Shown piece after piece: positions 1 to 10,860 of a DNA stretch of 20,000 bases. Under the pieces are notes generated by a model, which was given only the letters and a program-made list of their open reading frames with translations, did not search any database and was not told the DNA's origin. The position numbers were made by a program, and so were the translations under genes. The DNA is from Welwitschia mirabilis (Eukaryota), in contig JBOZIK010000001.1 of assembly GCA_051453625.1 (NCBI GenBank), positions 48,242,606 through 48,262,605 on the forward strand, in the 5' to 3' direction. Every line of letters begins with the position of its first letter. The stretch's first letter is position 1.

Positions 1-1521
1 AACCAAATCATTGGAACATATAATGTCAGTCTAAGACTCTATAACCCTATTTAGAAGAATCCAAGAAAAGCATATCCTAACTAACTAACTATGAGATTGA
101 GTTAACTTTAGGAAGGAATAACAAAATAGCAAATAATCTAGCCAATTTGTCCAACTATTATCTACATGATTTGATAATGAAAGAAATTGTAAACATATAA
201 AAAATAGATAATTCCTATTTGGAGGAATGTAAAACAAGTGAGATCTTAGACATTCAATAAGGAAAAAGTTCAAAGGTCATAAAAAATACAACCCAATTAG
301 ATGATTGACATATGATTATGATGCATTATTTAAAAGATAAAATATTACCTAATAGGTTCACTAATTCTAAAAAGTAAAATTTTAGAATAAAAGCATAAAA
401 TTATCCCTAATCTAAGATCAACTTTTGAAAAGGTCATTTGATGGTATCTTATTACATTGCCTCAAATATTCTAAAGCATTAACAATCTTAAAAGAAGCCC
501 ATTTTTATTTATGTGGAATACACTAGGGGGTAAAATCATTATCTCTCCACATCATTCGATTAGTGTATTACTAGATAACTTTACCACAAGAATATATCAA
601 TTATGTCAAAAATTGTCATAAATGTCAAATTCACATAGCTAAATGAATTATACCCAATTGATCCTATGGGGATTTTCAAAAAATGGGGATTAGATATATA
701 GGGCTAATAAATCCACCTTCCTTCAAATCATATGCCTTTATCTTAACGACAATTAAATACTTCTCAAAATGGATTGAAGCAATCCCATTAAGGAAAATTA
801 CATAAATCCAAAAGTTCATCCTAGAAAACATTATCATAAGATTCAGAATTCCTTATGGTTTAATGACTGATAATAGCCCCTAGTTCAAATTGGTTGAATT
901 AGATTAATTCTTGCAAAAGTTCAACATAAGCCATTTATTCTTGTCACCTAGATATTCACAAGCAAATGATCAAGTTGAATCCACAAATAAAATCATAATC
1001 AAACATCTAAAAAAACTTATCCAAATAAATAAGAAGTCATGGCATGAAAAATTGAGCTATGCCCTATGAGTATGTTGAATAAAAATAAAAACCGCCACTA
1101 GATTAACCCCATATGAATTTGTGTACAAATCAGAAACACTTATTCCCATGAAAATACAAATGTCTACTCTTAAGATGATGATCAAGGACTTTGAAATCAC
1201 AAATAAAAACAAGAAAACAAGATTGACATAATTGGAATTGTTAGAGGAAAAACATGATTAAGCCTTGAATCTTGGTCAAATCTACCAAAATCGAATAAGT
1301 AAGGCATACAACAAAAATGTCAAAAGTAGAGATTTTAATGTCAATGATCTAGTTCTAAAACTTAACAGATCTAAAAAGGGATCAATATTCTCTTCAAACT
1401 TGTTAGGACTGTACATGATATCAAAAAAATATGAAAAGAAACTTATAAATTGAAAAATCTTAATAATATAAAGGATAAGGGGCTAATAAATTCTTATTAT
1501 TTAAAGAAATATTACTATTAA
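1..1521 (+). pseudogene. pol: pol relic: C-terminus of additional (archaeal-like) RNase H plus integrase (HHCC, DDE core, GPY/F tail, no chromodomain)
   Basis: Manual translation across stops and frameshifts: NQIIGTYNV / TL*PYLEE...GRNNKIANNLANLS (1-152); LLKRSFDGILLHCL...KEAH..CGIH...YVKNCHKCQIH (~420-635); WGLDI, MTDNSP*F, QANDQVESTNK, WHEKLSYAL*, TPYEFVY; KAYNKNVKSRDFNVNDLVLK (ORF 1265-1453); ends INSYYLKKYYY* at 1521. Confidence 0.93.
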
Positions 1522-1873
1522 ATCATTGCTTTAAATCATTTCAAGTTAAGATTTCATCTTTCTTTTAATGTGTTAGTTGTAACTATATTATCACATAGAT
1601 TTCATGTTCTTCTTTATCAGAATTATGAATTTTCAACAAAGAAAGCAAAATAGAGCTTCCAATTACTAAAATGTTCAAAACATGACCAATAGGATTAGGT
1701 ACTTACTCGATGAAATGACATCACTAAGGCATCATCTCAAGCAAACTACAAATCAACAAGAGCCAAATCACAAAAACTAAGAGGAAACAACATTTGATCT
1801 AGAAGAAGCACAACCTATTGAAGATTCAGAAGAACAAATAGGTTTTTACTGTAATATGACCCCATGTCATAGT

Positions 1874-1888
1874 AAAAAGGGAGTAAAC
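1874..1888 (+). promoter_or_regulatory. Polypurine tract (PPT) of the Tat-type element
   Basis: AAAAAGGGAGTAAAC lies immediately before TGT at 1889 and downstream of integrase. Confidence 0.7.
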
Positions 1889-2824
1889 TGTGATGGAATT
1901 CATTAAGAACCAAATTGAATTTCCCAAATCACGAATAAAGTTTAGATCATGAAATGAATAGACCTTCAAAGTATGTCTACAAAAGTCTATTTTCAACATT
2001 CTATCGGCAAAAGTTTATCTTCAATGTTCTGTTTATGAAAGTCTATCTTTAGCATTTCATTTATCAAAATTCATCTTCAATATTTTATCTATAAATATTC
2101 ATCTTTAGCATTCTGTCTATAAATATATGTCTCTAGCATTCTATATGTGCAAGTCTATCTCTAGCATTTCATATGAAAAACTCTCTCTCCAGCATTTCTT
2201 TCATAAAACTCTCTCCCAACATTCTGTTTATAAAACTTTATCTCTAGTATTCCATTTGTAAAACTCCATCTTGAGGATTTCATCTGCAAAACTTTATTTA
2301 TAGTATTATATCTAGAAGATTTCACATATAAAACCTAGTTACAAAATTCTATCTCTAGCAAACTATCTTTAAAACTCTGTCTTCAAAATAGTTTTGTAGG
2401 TAATCTACAAAAAGGAGAAGAAAAGTCCAAATTAACTTCTTTCATGATCTTAATGTGGTCCACTTATCCGTACTTTTTCTAGGGTTTAATCCTAATAAAT
2501 CCTCACTCATCACACCCTTTTCTCAACCTCTCAACCACTTCCTCTTATTATAAATTCATTCTTAATGCTTGAGAAATGGTAAGTTGGTGAATTATTTAGG
2601 TATTAGAAGGAAGCAAAGTTATCAGCCACTAGAAAGCTCTCTTTAGTTAAGCATGTAAGAATTAAAAGAGAGGATTATGGACCGCACCTACTTAGCCATC
2701 ATCACAAGCATGGAAACCAAAAGTTTTCTTTGATATCAAGATTAACATAGCTTGAGTCTTGTAAGTCTACTCTCTACAAGTCAATAAAGTCATCATTTCT
2801 TGCTTTGTGGGTATATCTGATACA
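1889..2824 (+). repeat. Putative 3' LTR (~0.94 kb) of the Tat-type element
   Basis: Starts TGTGATGG after the PPT. CT-rich tract then TATAAAT at 2549-2555, AATAAA at 2783-2788, ends ...CTGATACA at 2824. The partner LTR is outside the window, so the right boundary is inferred. Confidence 0.6.
1981..2390. repeat. Degenerate ~28-bp minisatellite (~14 copies) with 14-bp substructure
   Basis: Units such as AAAAGTCTATTTTCAACATTCTATCGGC, AAATATTCATCTTTAGCATTCTGTCTAT and AAAACTTTATCTCTAGTATTCCATTTGT. Approximate consensus AAAACTCTATCTYY-AGCATTCTRTYTRT. Confidence 0.88.
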
Positions 2825-3919
2825 TTTCCATCTTTTTCTTAGGAATTTTATGAATCAAATATGTCCTTTAGAGCTTTGAAAAGGCTTTGTCATTATTTTT
2901 AAGGTTTTACATCTTAAATCTTCTTATTCTGTCTACTAAATAGTTCTATCTAGTTTATTAGATTTACTTCATAAGATTCTTTAAATTATCAATTTGTTAA
3001 AATAGCAATTAATAAAGCTAAATTTTATGTAATAATTTTCTTATTAATGAAGAGTTTTTCCTTATGTCAATTATATATTTCATTAGTAAATAGATGTTTT
3101 TATCTATCTTTATGCCCACTAATAAATAGGTTAGTGGTTAGAATGTTAGAAGGTTAGTATATATATTTCATTATTGTATTCTAGGTACAGGATGCCATTT
3201 GGCATGAAGATGAGAGAGAAGGTTGAGGAGTGAATCAACATAAAAACCTCAACCACTTGCCTATTCCTAAGGAGCAAAGAATGGAAATTGAAAAAACTGA
3301 CTAGGGTATAAAAATGTGATCACCACCAAAGGTCAGGATATTTTTGACACATAGTTCCAATAATAAACAAGGCAAAGAGGTTAAGTAAGGGAACTCCAAC
3401 TCCTTTGCAAAAGTTTCAGTAGCACTTTCCCACATTTCATAGTATTACCTGAAAAGGAGAACACAATTATTAGCTCGTCTTTATGTACAATTGATATTTC
3501 AATATAAAAAATGAAAAACATTTGAATATCATTGTGTGCATATTTTATTACTTTAAAAAGTAATATTACTTCTATGTCACTCCTATTTGTGTAGTTAAAC
3601 ATAAACTAGGATAATTTCAGTGCTTAGAAATAAGTATTAATCAATAGGTTGCTTAACTTCTATTATGTTTATTTATTTCTCTATTCCTCCTTAATGTATT
3701 ATATGTACATAGTAGTTTGATTTTAATAAATAACTTAACTTAGTTCAAGTAACTTTATCACAAGACTGTTATGATGATGAATTTTAAACTAAATGGTTAA
3801 GTCATAACTAGTTCTTTAGTAAGCCTTCATGTATTTTCATTTTAATGATTTGTGCTTATTTCAGGTTAATAGTAGAATAATTTCTATACCTTGCGAGCAT
3901 TGTTTATAGTTTTTAGTAA

Positions 3920-4693
3920 TATTTTGTGATACTTTCTGCATTTATTTATAACATAAGCCACCCATCAATGGCCTTTTTTTTTACTACATTTATCTACCCT
4001 CTTAAAGTATCTCTTCCTTTTTTAAAGTTCTTGCCCCTAATCCATGATTCTTCACTAAGTTTTACCTTTTCTATGGCCTCAATAAGAGTGCTACAATGGA
4101 AAATCTTAATGTGACTTTGAATCATAAGATGCAAACCTATCACTAATCTACTTACTTTTACCACCTCACTTCTAGCTATCTTTAAGACATACCTTAGTAG
4201 ATCTATGAATTTGTTTTCATATTAAGCCACTGTTATGAAGCCTTGCTTGAGGCTATAGAACTCTTATGCCTTTGCATTCTTATAGAATTTTGATATGTAA
4301 CTCACTTGAAATTTAGCCTCAAAGTCCTTTCAAGGTAGTTAATCTAAAAATTAAGGTCTTGCCTTCTCTACTTTTCACCACAGTCCTGCACCTTTCTTTA
4401 GTTGATGAGTTGAGAATGCCATGAGTTGAGAATGCCATATTTTATTCTAAAGTAAAGTAAAATAGCTTTAATTCTCATGATATGGGTAACAACCATACTT
4501 TATCTTTTGCTGCGTTATCCAATCTCTTAAAAACTAGAGGGTTTGATTCGTTGAATTGCATTATCAGTTTTCTAGATATTTATGCATCATTTTCTACCAT
4601 TGGTTTTCTCTTGTAATTCATCCACTAGGCTATTGACTAAGTTAGCTACAAATATAAGATTAGTAGGAGAAATTACTTCTCTTTTGGAGCCAT
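3920..4693 (-). pseudogene. gag: gag relic (retrotransposon gag domain)
   Basis: ATG at 4693 (MAPK..). FNESNPSSF; HQLRKGAGLW*K; LP*KDFEAKFQVSYISKFYKNAKA*EFYSLKQGFITVA*YENKFIDLLRY...KVSRLVIGL...TLIEAIEKVKLSEE. This fits the WW...WE.F...F and EF..LKQG..TV..Y...F gag pattern. Confidence 0.88.
4405..4436. repeat. Perfect 16-bp tandem duplication within gag
   Basis: ATGAGTTGAGAATGCC x2 (4405-4420, 4421-4436). Confidence 0.95.
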
Positions 4694-4753
4694 TGGTCAA
4701 ATCCTATAAGTTCTTAAAAGTTTGCTATTAATAAGCAAAATTTTTAACCTAAG

Positions 4754-4765
4754 GCTTTAATACCA
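4754..4765 (-). promoter_or_regulatory. Primer binding site, initiator Met-tRNA type
   Basis: Minus strand TGGTATTAAAGC versus canonical TGGTATCAGAGC (2 transitions). It lies 3 nt after the LTR-terminal CA and ~60 nt before the gag ATG. Confidence 0.85.
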
Positions 4766-5249
4766 AATTGTTAAAACCTCACAAGCTTTGAGAAATTTTA
4801 TCTGATATTAACAAGATTAATATTAGTTAGATAGGCTTAGAGAATTTATTAGCATCATTTTTACACTACCTACATAATTCTTAAGCATTCTATAAAAGAC
4901 TTATAGTAAGTTTCTAGGTCATTAGAATCTGCCTTAATGTTAAACTTTATTAGGTTTTGCAAAAACATGAACATTAAGCTTTCTTTAAAAGATTTGATAA
5001 TAAGGTAACTTCTTTGTGATAAGTAAAATTTGGCTTAAAAATATCTTACTTAGAGTAATTTAGTAGGTGAAATTACTTAATTAAGAAAATATATCTCCCA
5101 AAACCCACATTTACTACATGAAGCCATAACTTACAAGAGCATTTGCAAAAGTAGAGGACGTGATGATTACTCTCTTTTTTCCCCCATTATGAGTACATTT
5201 TTTATTAGCATTAGATTTTACCTAAAACTTAATTTATTTAAGTATTTAT

Positions 5250-6062
5250 TCTTTTATGTAAAACCCACTTTTACCTTTTTATATTAGCTTTTAAAAGTCT
5301 AAGAACTTTTGAAAGTGGCACTAAAAGGGTTCATTGGGATTTATTTGAAGTAGTTTTCACTTCTTAAAAAATTATTTTATTAAAACCTGCTTTTATCCTT
5401 CTATATTTGCTTTCAAAAGTTTAAGAACTTTTGAAAGTAGCATTAAAAGGGTTATTTTAGGTTTATTTGAAGTAATTTTCACTAATGCATTTATTAAAAG
5501 TTTCTCTTAAAAAGTTCTTTTATTAAAACCCATTGTTTCCCTTTTATATTGGCTTTTAAAATTCTAAGAACTTTTGAAAGTAGCACTAAAAATTATTCAT
5601 TGGGGTTTAATTGAAGTAATTTTTACTAATTTATTTATTACAAGTTTCTTTTAAAAAGTTCTTTTTATTAAAACCCACTATTATCCTTATATATTAGGTT
5701 TCAAATGTCCCAAAACTTTTGAAAGCAGTACTAAAATGATTCATTGGGGTTTATTTGAAGTAATTTTTACTAATTCATTTTTTGCAAGTTTTCTTAAAAA
5801 GTTGTTTTATTAAAACCCAATGTTACCCTTCTATATTAGTTTTTAAAACTTCAAGAACTTTTGAAAGCATCACTAGAAGGATTCATTGGGATTTATTTGA
5901 ATTAATTTTCACTAATTTATTTATTAAAAGTTTCTCTTAAAAAGTTCTTTTATTAAAACTCAGTGTTGCCCTTTTATATTAGCTTTTTTAAAAAGTCCAA
6001 GAACTTTTAAAAGTAGCACTAGAAGGGTTTTTTAGGGTTTATTTGAAGTAATTTTTATTAAA
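5250..6062. repeat. ~143-bp tandem array, ~5.7 copies
   Basis: AAAACC(C)A.. unit starts at ~5259, 5382, 5525, 5670, 5812 and 5955. Shared core AAGAACTTTTGAAAGTAGCACTAAAAGGGTTCATTGGGGTTTATTTGAAGTAATTTT. The first unit is ~20 bp short. Confidence 0.95.
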
Positions 6063-6954
6063 GACTCATTTCTTTAATATTATAGAAGAGCATTTTCATA
6101 GCATTAACATAAATTCTAGGAATGAATATGTAACTTAATTTTAAAAAAAACCCAAAAAGGGTAACATTCATTTAACATTAAAATAAATGTGTAAATAAGA
6201 GTCTAGATTATACTAAAACTAATTATTATTGCTAAAATAGATTAGACTGGAATCTAACCATTGAAAGAGCTAAAATAAAACTAAATCTAACCATTTTTAA
6301 GTATAATATTTACTACAGAAAAATAAGCTAATCAAGAAATACATTGTTCTACTACAAAATCATTATGATACTAATGTTTTCACTTTTAATAACCTTTAAA
6401 AAAAACTAATCAACCATAATAGAATCTAATTATATTTAAACATAACAAAATAAAATAAGGAAAAGAGAAAAATAAGAAGAATAAGAGTAATTTTTACAAA
6501 CCCATAACAAGTCCTAGAGAAGGATTGATTTAAGAGAATAAAATACAAGCCCAAAATCTAAGTCCCATAGGAAGGACCATACAAGAAATAAAATTTTAGC
6601 CCACAAATAGCATAATAAAAAGCTATAATTCATCTATAAGAAAAAATATCATTATCACCATTTCTAAGATGTTTTCACTCTTATAATGCATAATTCAGAA
6701 GATTAGGCACTATTGTAAAGCTATTTTAGAAGAGTTTAATAGGATTAAGATGGACTAAATCAATTGTTGTACCTATTTAAAAAAAATACCAACAACACTA
6801 ATATTAATTCCTTTTACCCCTATAATGTACATTTTAGGAGCTTGAACACTTCTAAAATACTATCTAAAATGGGTTTTAGGTTAAGAAAAATGCTATAAGA
6901 GACAAATAAATAATTCTATATAAATAAAAGAATAAGTATTTATACAGAAAATTT

Positions 6955-9900
6955 TGAAGGGGCAGTAGAAAGGTGGAAGATAAGAGCTTGGGGGAGTGGA
7001 GTGTGAAATCTTGAAAAGTAGGGGAGAGAGTTTGAGAACATTTGGAGGATAAAATATGGATTAAGAACTCCAATAACGTTTTTAGGGGGGAAGGGATTAA
7101 GAAGTTTGAGGAAGTAATTAAGAATCATGGGTGAGGGGTTGAGAACTTAAGGAAAATAGAAAAAATTCAAATGACATCAAATTTTTTCCCAACTATTTAT
7201 ATACGAAAAGATAAATTTATAAAAAAGGAGAAATGTGGAATGTGCATTTCTAGCAAGGGATAAAGTAATATTTTTCATAAAGTTACAACACTCTACAAAA
7301 GCATCATAGATTTGAATTTTCTTTGAAACTAAGTTTACAAGTATAGGGCATTAAAAAATTAGCTCAAAGGATAATTTTTTTTCATTCAAGAGTATAAATC
7401 ATTAAGATTACAAAATTTTACTATAGCATAACTTTAGGATTTAAAGATGAAGGTAGTAATTTCTTATCCAAATGCTACTATCGCCATTTGATGATTAAAT
7501 TTTTAAGAAGTTATTGTACTTGGGTTAAACGTATATGGATTAGAACTATTAAAAACATAGTTATTAACATAGTGCAAGTGAGGAAAGAGGGTTTCAAAAA
7601 AATCTAAAAGTATTCAAAATAGAGCAAGATGAGGAGAATCCAAAATTTCAGAGTGAGAAGGTGATAATTTTGGTTATCTTAAATTTATGTTTAATAAAAA
7701 TTAACAAGTTCAATAACACAGGTGTGCTCCAACTAGGAGGAATTTCATTCTTTTTTTTTTAATGAATTTTTTCATAATATCCTTGGTATTTTACTTTTAT
7801 GGACATGAAAGCCCAATAAAGGGTATCACCTCTAAAGTTCACATCACCTAGTTGTTCTCGCTAGATTTTTATTTTTACTATTGAACAAGTAAAGCACAAA
7901 TATCAACTTTACTTCAAGTCCCAAGAAATATTACCCTAATACTCTTATTTTTTAAAGACAATAATTAAAAGTTAGAAAAATAACAACTTTCAGAAGTAAA
8001 AATTATCCAAAAATTATAAAAACAAAAAAAGAGACTAAAGAAAAGGAGGAGAAATTTTGCACGAATAAAGAATTTTAACATTTAAAAGTAGACAAACCAT
8101 TACTTAAAAAGTAAAAGGATTTTAAACTATACCTAATGAGGTAGAATAAGTGCAGATTATAAAGTTTGAGAGCCTTCCTCTTGAGTTGTATGGCCAAAAT
8201 GCTAAAGAAAGCCTTAAGAAGGAGTGAGAAAAGGACAAGGCATTCAAGTTCCATCATATTTATAAAAAGAGTTGATGAGGTGTTAAGTTTTCAAGTGACC
8301 ACTTGGTTTTCTCCTGAAACTCCTCCTTTGGATAGGAAAAGGGAGAAAGAAGGGAGGCTTAAGAGGTTTGAAAGGGAAGGAGTTAAGAACTTATGGGAAG
8401 AGGATTGAGAATATTGGGACAATAGTTTGGAACTTAGAAAAGGTAAATAAAAAATAAAATAAAATGACATAAAGTCTTTCTTAGCTATTTCTACTAGAAA
8501 AGATAAATTTTCAAAAGAAAAAAAGACATAGAGTGTATATTTCTAGTAAGGAAGAAAGTAACATTTTTCATTAAATTACAACATACAACACTCCACAAAA
8601 GCATCATAAGTTTGAAATTTTTCTATAATTAAATATATAAGTATAGAACATCATAAAATTAGCTCATATGATGAATTTTTTAATCTAAGAATACAAAATA
8701 TTTAGCTTCTAACATTTTTCTTTTGTACAACCTTAAATTTTAAAGGTGAAGACATCAATTTCTTATCCAAATTTCACCACCACTTGATGGCCAAATTTCT
8801 AAGTACCCCTATACTTGTGACAAAATTATATCAATGAAAACCATTAAAACATAGTTCTCAGCATGGTTTAGGTGAGGGAAAAAGGTTTTCACAAAACCCA
8901 AGAGTATTCAAAATAGAACCAGAGGAGGAAAATCAAAAATTTTAAAGTGAGAAGATGAACATCTAGTTATCTTAAATTTATGTTCAATAAAAGCTTATAG
9001 TTTTAGCAACACAAGTGCACCCTTACTAGAAGGGATTTCATTCTTTTCTTTTTTGCACATTTTTTTTCACTCTCCCTTTCAATTCACTTCCATAGCCATG
9101 AAATCCCAATAGAGAATAGTTCCTTTGAGGTTTGCATCACCGAATTTCCCTAGCCAGATCTTTATTTTTGTTATTTAATAAGTAAAAAGTAAATCTCAAC
9201 TTTACTCTATGGCCTAACAAATATTGATGTAAAATTTTTATTTTGGTAAAATAATAATTAAAAGTTTAAAATATAACAACTTTTAAAATTAAAAATAACT
9301 AAAAATAAGAAAATATTAAAGAAAGTAAGTAGAAATTTTATAAGAATAGAGAGTTTTAGTATTACAAAGTAGATCAACTATCACTTAAGAATTAAAAGGA
9401 TCCTAAAACATACCCAAAAAGGTAAAAGAAGAATAGATTCTAAAGTTTAAAAGCCTTCCTCTTAAGTTGCTGGGCAAACAATTGAAGAAAAACTTAAGAA
9501 GAAGTGAAAAAGAAACAAGGCCTTTAAGTTCCATCATATTTATAGAAAGAGTTGATGAGGTGTCAAGTTTTTAAGTGACCACTTGAATTTTCCTTAAACT
9601 AGCTACTTTGGCTAAGAAAGGAGGAGGAGGAAATGGGAGAAGGAAAGGATTAAAGGATTTTATTACAAGAGGCGGGGGAGGGGGATGGGATCGAGAACTT
9701 CCATGGAAAGGGGTTGAGAATCTTAGAGAAGGGATCAAAAACTTAGAGAAAGATAATTTAAAAAATTAAATGACATTAAAGTTTATTCTAGATATTTATA
9801 TGAAAAACATAAAATTCTAAACAAGGAGAAATACATAGTTTGTCCATTTCCATCAAGGGACAAAGTAAAATTTTTCATTAAATTACAAGAGACAACACTC

Positions 9901-10860
9901 TAAAAAAGCATCATAGGTTTGAATGTTTTTTGGAATTAAGTCTCTAAGTATAGGGCATCACAAAATTAACCTAATGGATAAAATTTCCTTCATTTAAGAA
10001 TATAAAATATTAATCTTATAATATTTTGCTATTACATAGCCTTAAAATTTAAAGGTGAAGATAGTAATTCCTTATTCAAATTCCACCACCACTACTTGAT
10101 GGCCAAATTTCTAAGTAGTTCTTATACATATGGAAAAATTGCATGGATGGTAACCATTAAAAACATAGTTATTAGCATGATCCAGGTGAGAGAAGAGGAT
10201 TTCAAGAAGACTTAAAAGTATCCAAAAAAAAAAAATAAGAGGAGAAAACCCTAAAATTTCAAAGTAAGAAGGTGATCATTTTGGTTATCTTAAATTTATG
10301 TTTAATAAAAATTCATAGTTTTAAAAACACAAGTGTGCAGTTCACTTCTATGGCCATGAAAGCCTAATAGAGGGGATCCCATTGAAGTGGAAATCACTTA
10401 GTTACCATGGCTATATTTTTATTTTTGCTATTTAACAACTAAAGCACAAATCTTAGCTTTACTCTGGCCTAAGAAGTATTACTCTAAAACTTTCAATTTT
10501 AAAAAACAACAATTATAAATTGGAAAGACAAAAATTTTAAGAAGTAAAAATTAGCCCAAAATAAGAAACTATTAACGAAAATAAGTAAAATCTTACAAGA
10601 ATAGAGAATTTTATGATTATAAAGTAGATCATCCATTACTCAAGAAGTAAAAAGATTCTAAATCATACCCAAAGAGGTAGAAAAAGTATAGATTTTGAAG
10701 TTTGAGAGCCTTCCTCTTAAGTTGTATGGATAAAAGCTAAAGAAAAACTTGAGAATAAGTAAAATAGAGATAAGGCCTTCAAGTTTCATCATATTAATAA
10801 TTGATGAGTTGTTAAGTTTTGAAGTGACCACTTGGCTTTTTCCTAAACCCCCTACTTCGC
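6955..10860. repeat. Three diverged head-to-tail copies of a ~1.3-kb unit
   Basis: AAATGACAT at ~7170/8462/9768, AAAAGCATCATA at ~7297/8597/9904, GTGACCACTTG at ~8295/9575/10823. The third copy has a ~60-bp deletion near 10340. Each unit head has ~22-bp GGRTTRAGAA subrepeats. Confidence 0.95.
7193..7201 (-). promoter_or_regulatory. Candidate LTR TATA box
   Basis: Minus strand TATAAATAG followed by a CT-rich tract and oriented toward PBS/gag. Homologous positions at ~8485 (mutated) and ~9792. Confidence 0.45.

Larger units (their letters stand above)
1..2824 (+). mobile_element. 3' half of a degenerate Ty3/gypsy Tat/Ogre-type LTR retrotransposon (truncated by window start)
   Basis: Order is extra RNase H tail, integrase, ~350-bp 3' region, PPT, then a TG...CA-bounded putative LTR. 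Integrase wording (WGLDI.GLINPPS, KYFSKWIEAIPL) is of Tat/Ogre type. Confidence 0.85.

Noticed and set aside
1981..2390. CRISPR-like array of ~28-bp repeats
   Set aside because: Units are contiguous and degenerate with no unique spacers, there are no cas genes, and the context is a eukaryotic LTR.
4754..4770. Ty1/copia assignment from the Met PBS
   Set aside because: The adjacent gag has Ty3/gypsy-type WW and LKQG..TV..Y motifs, and chromoviruses also use the Met PBS.
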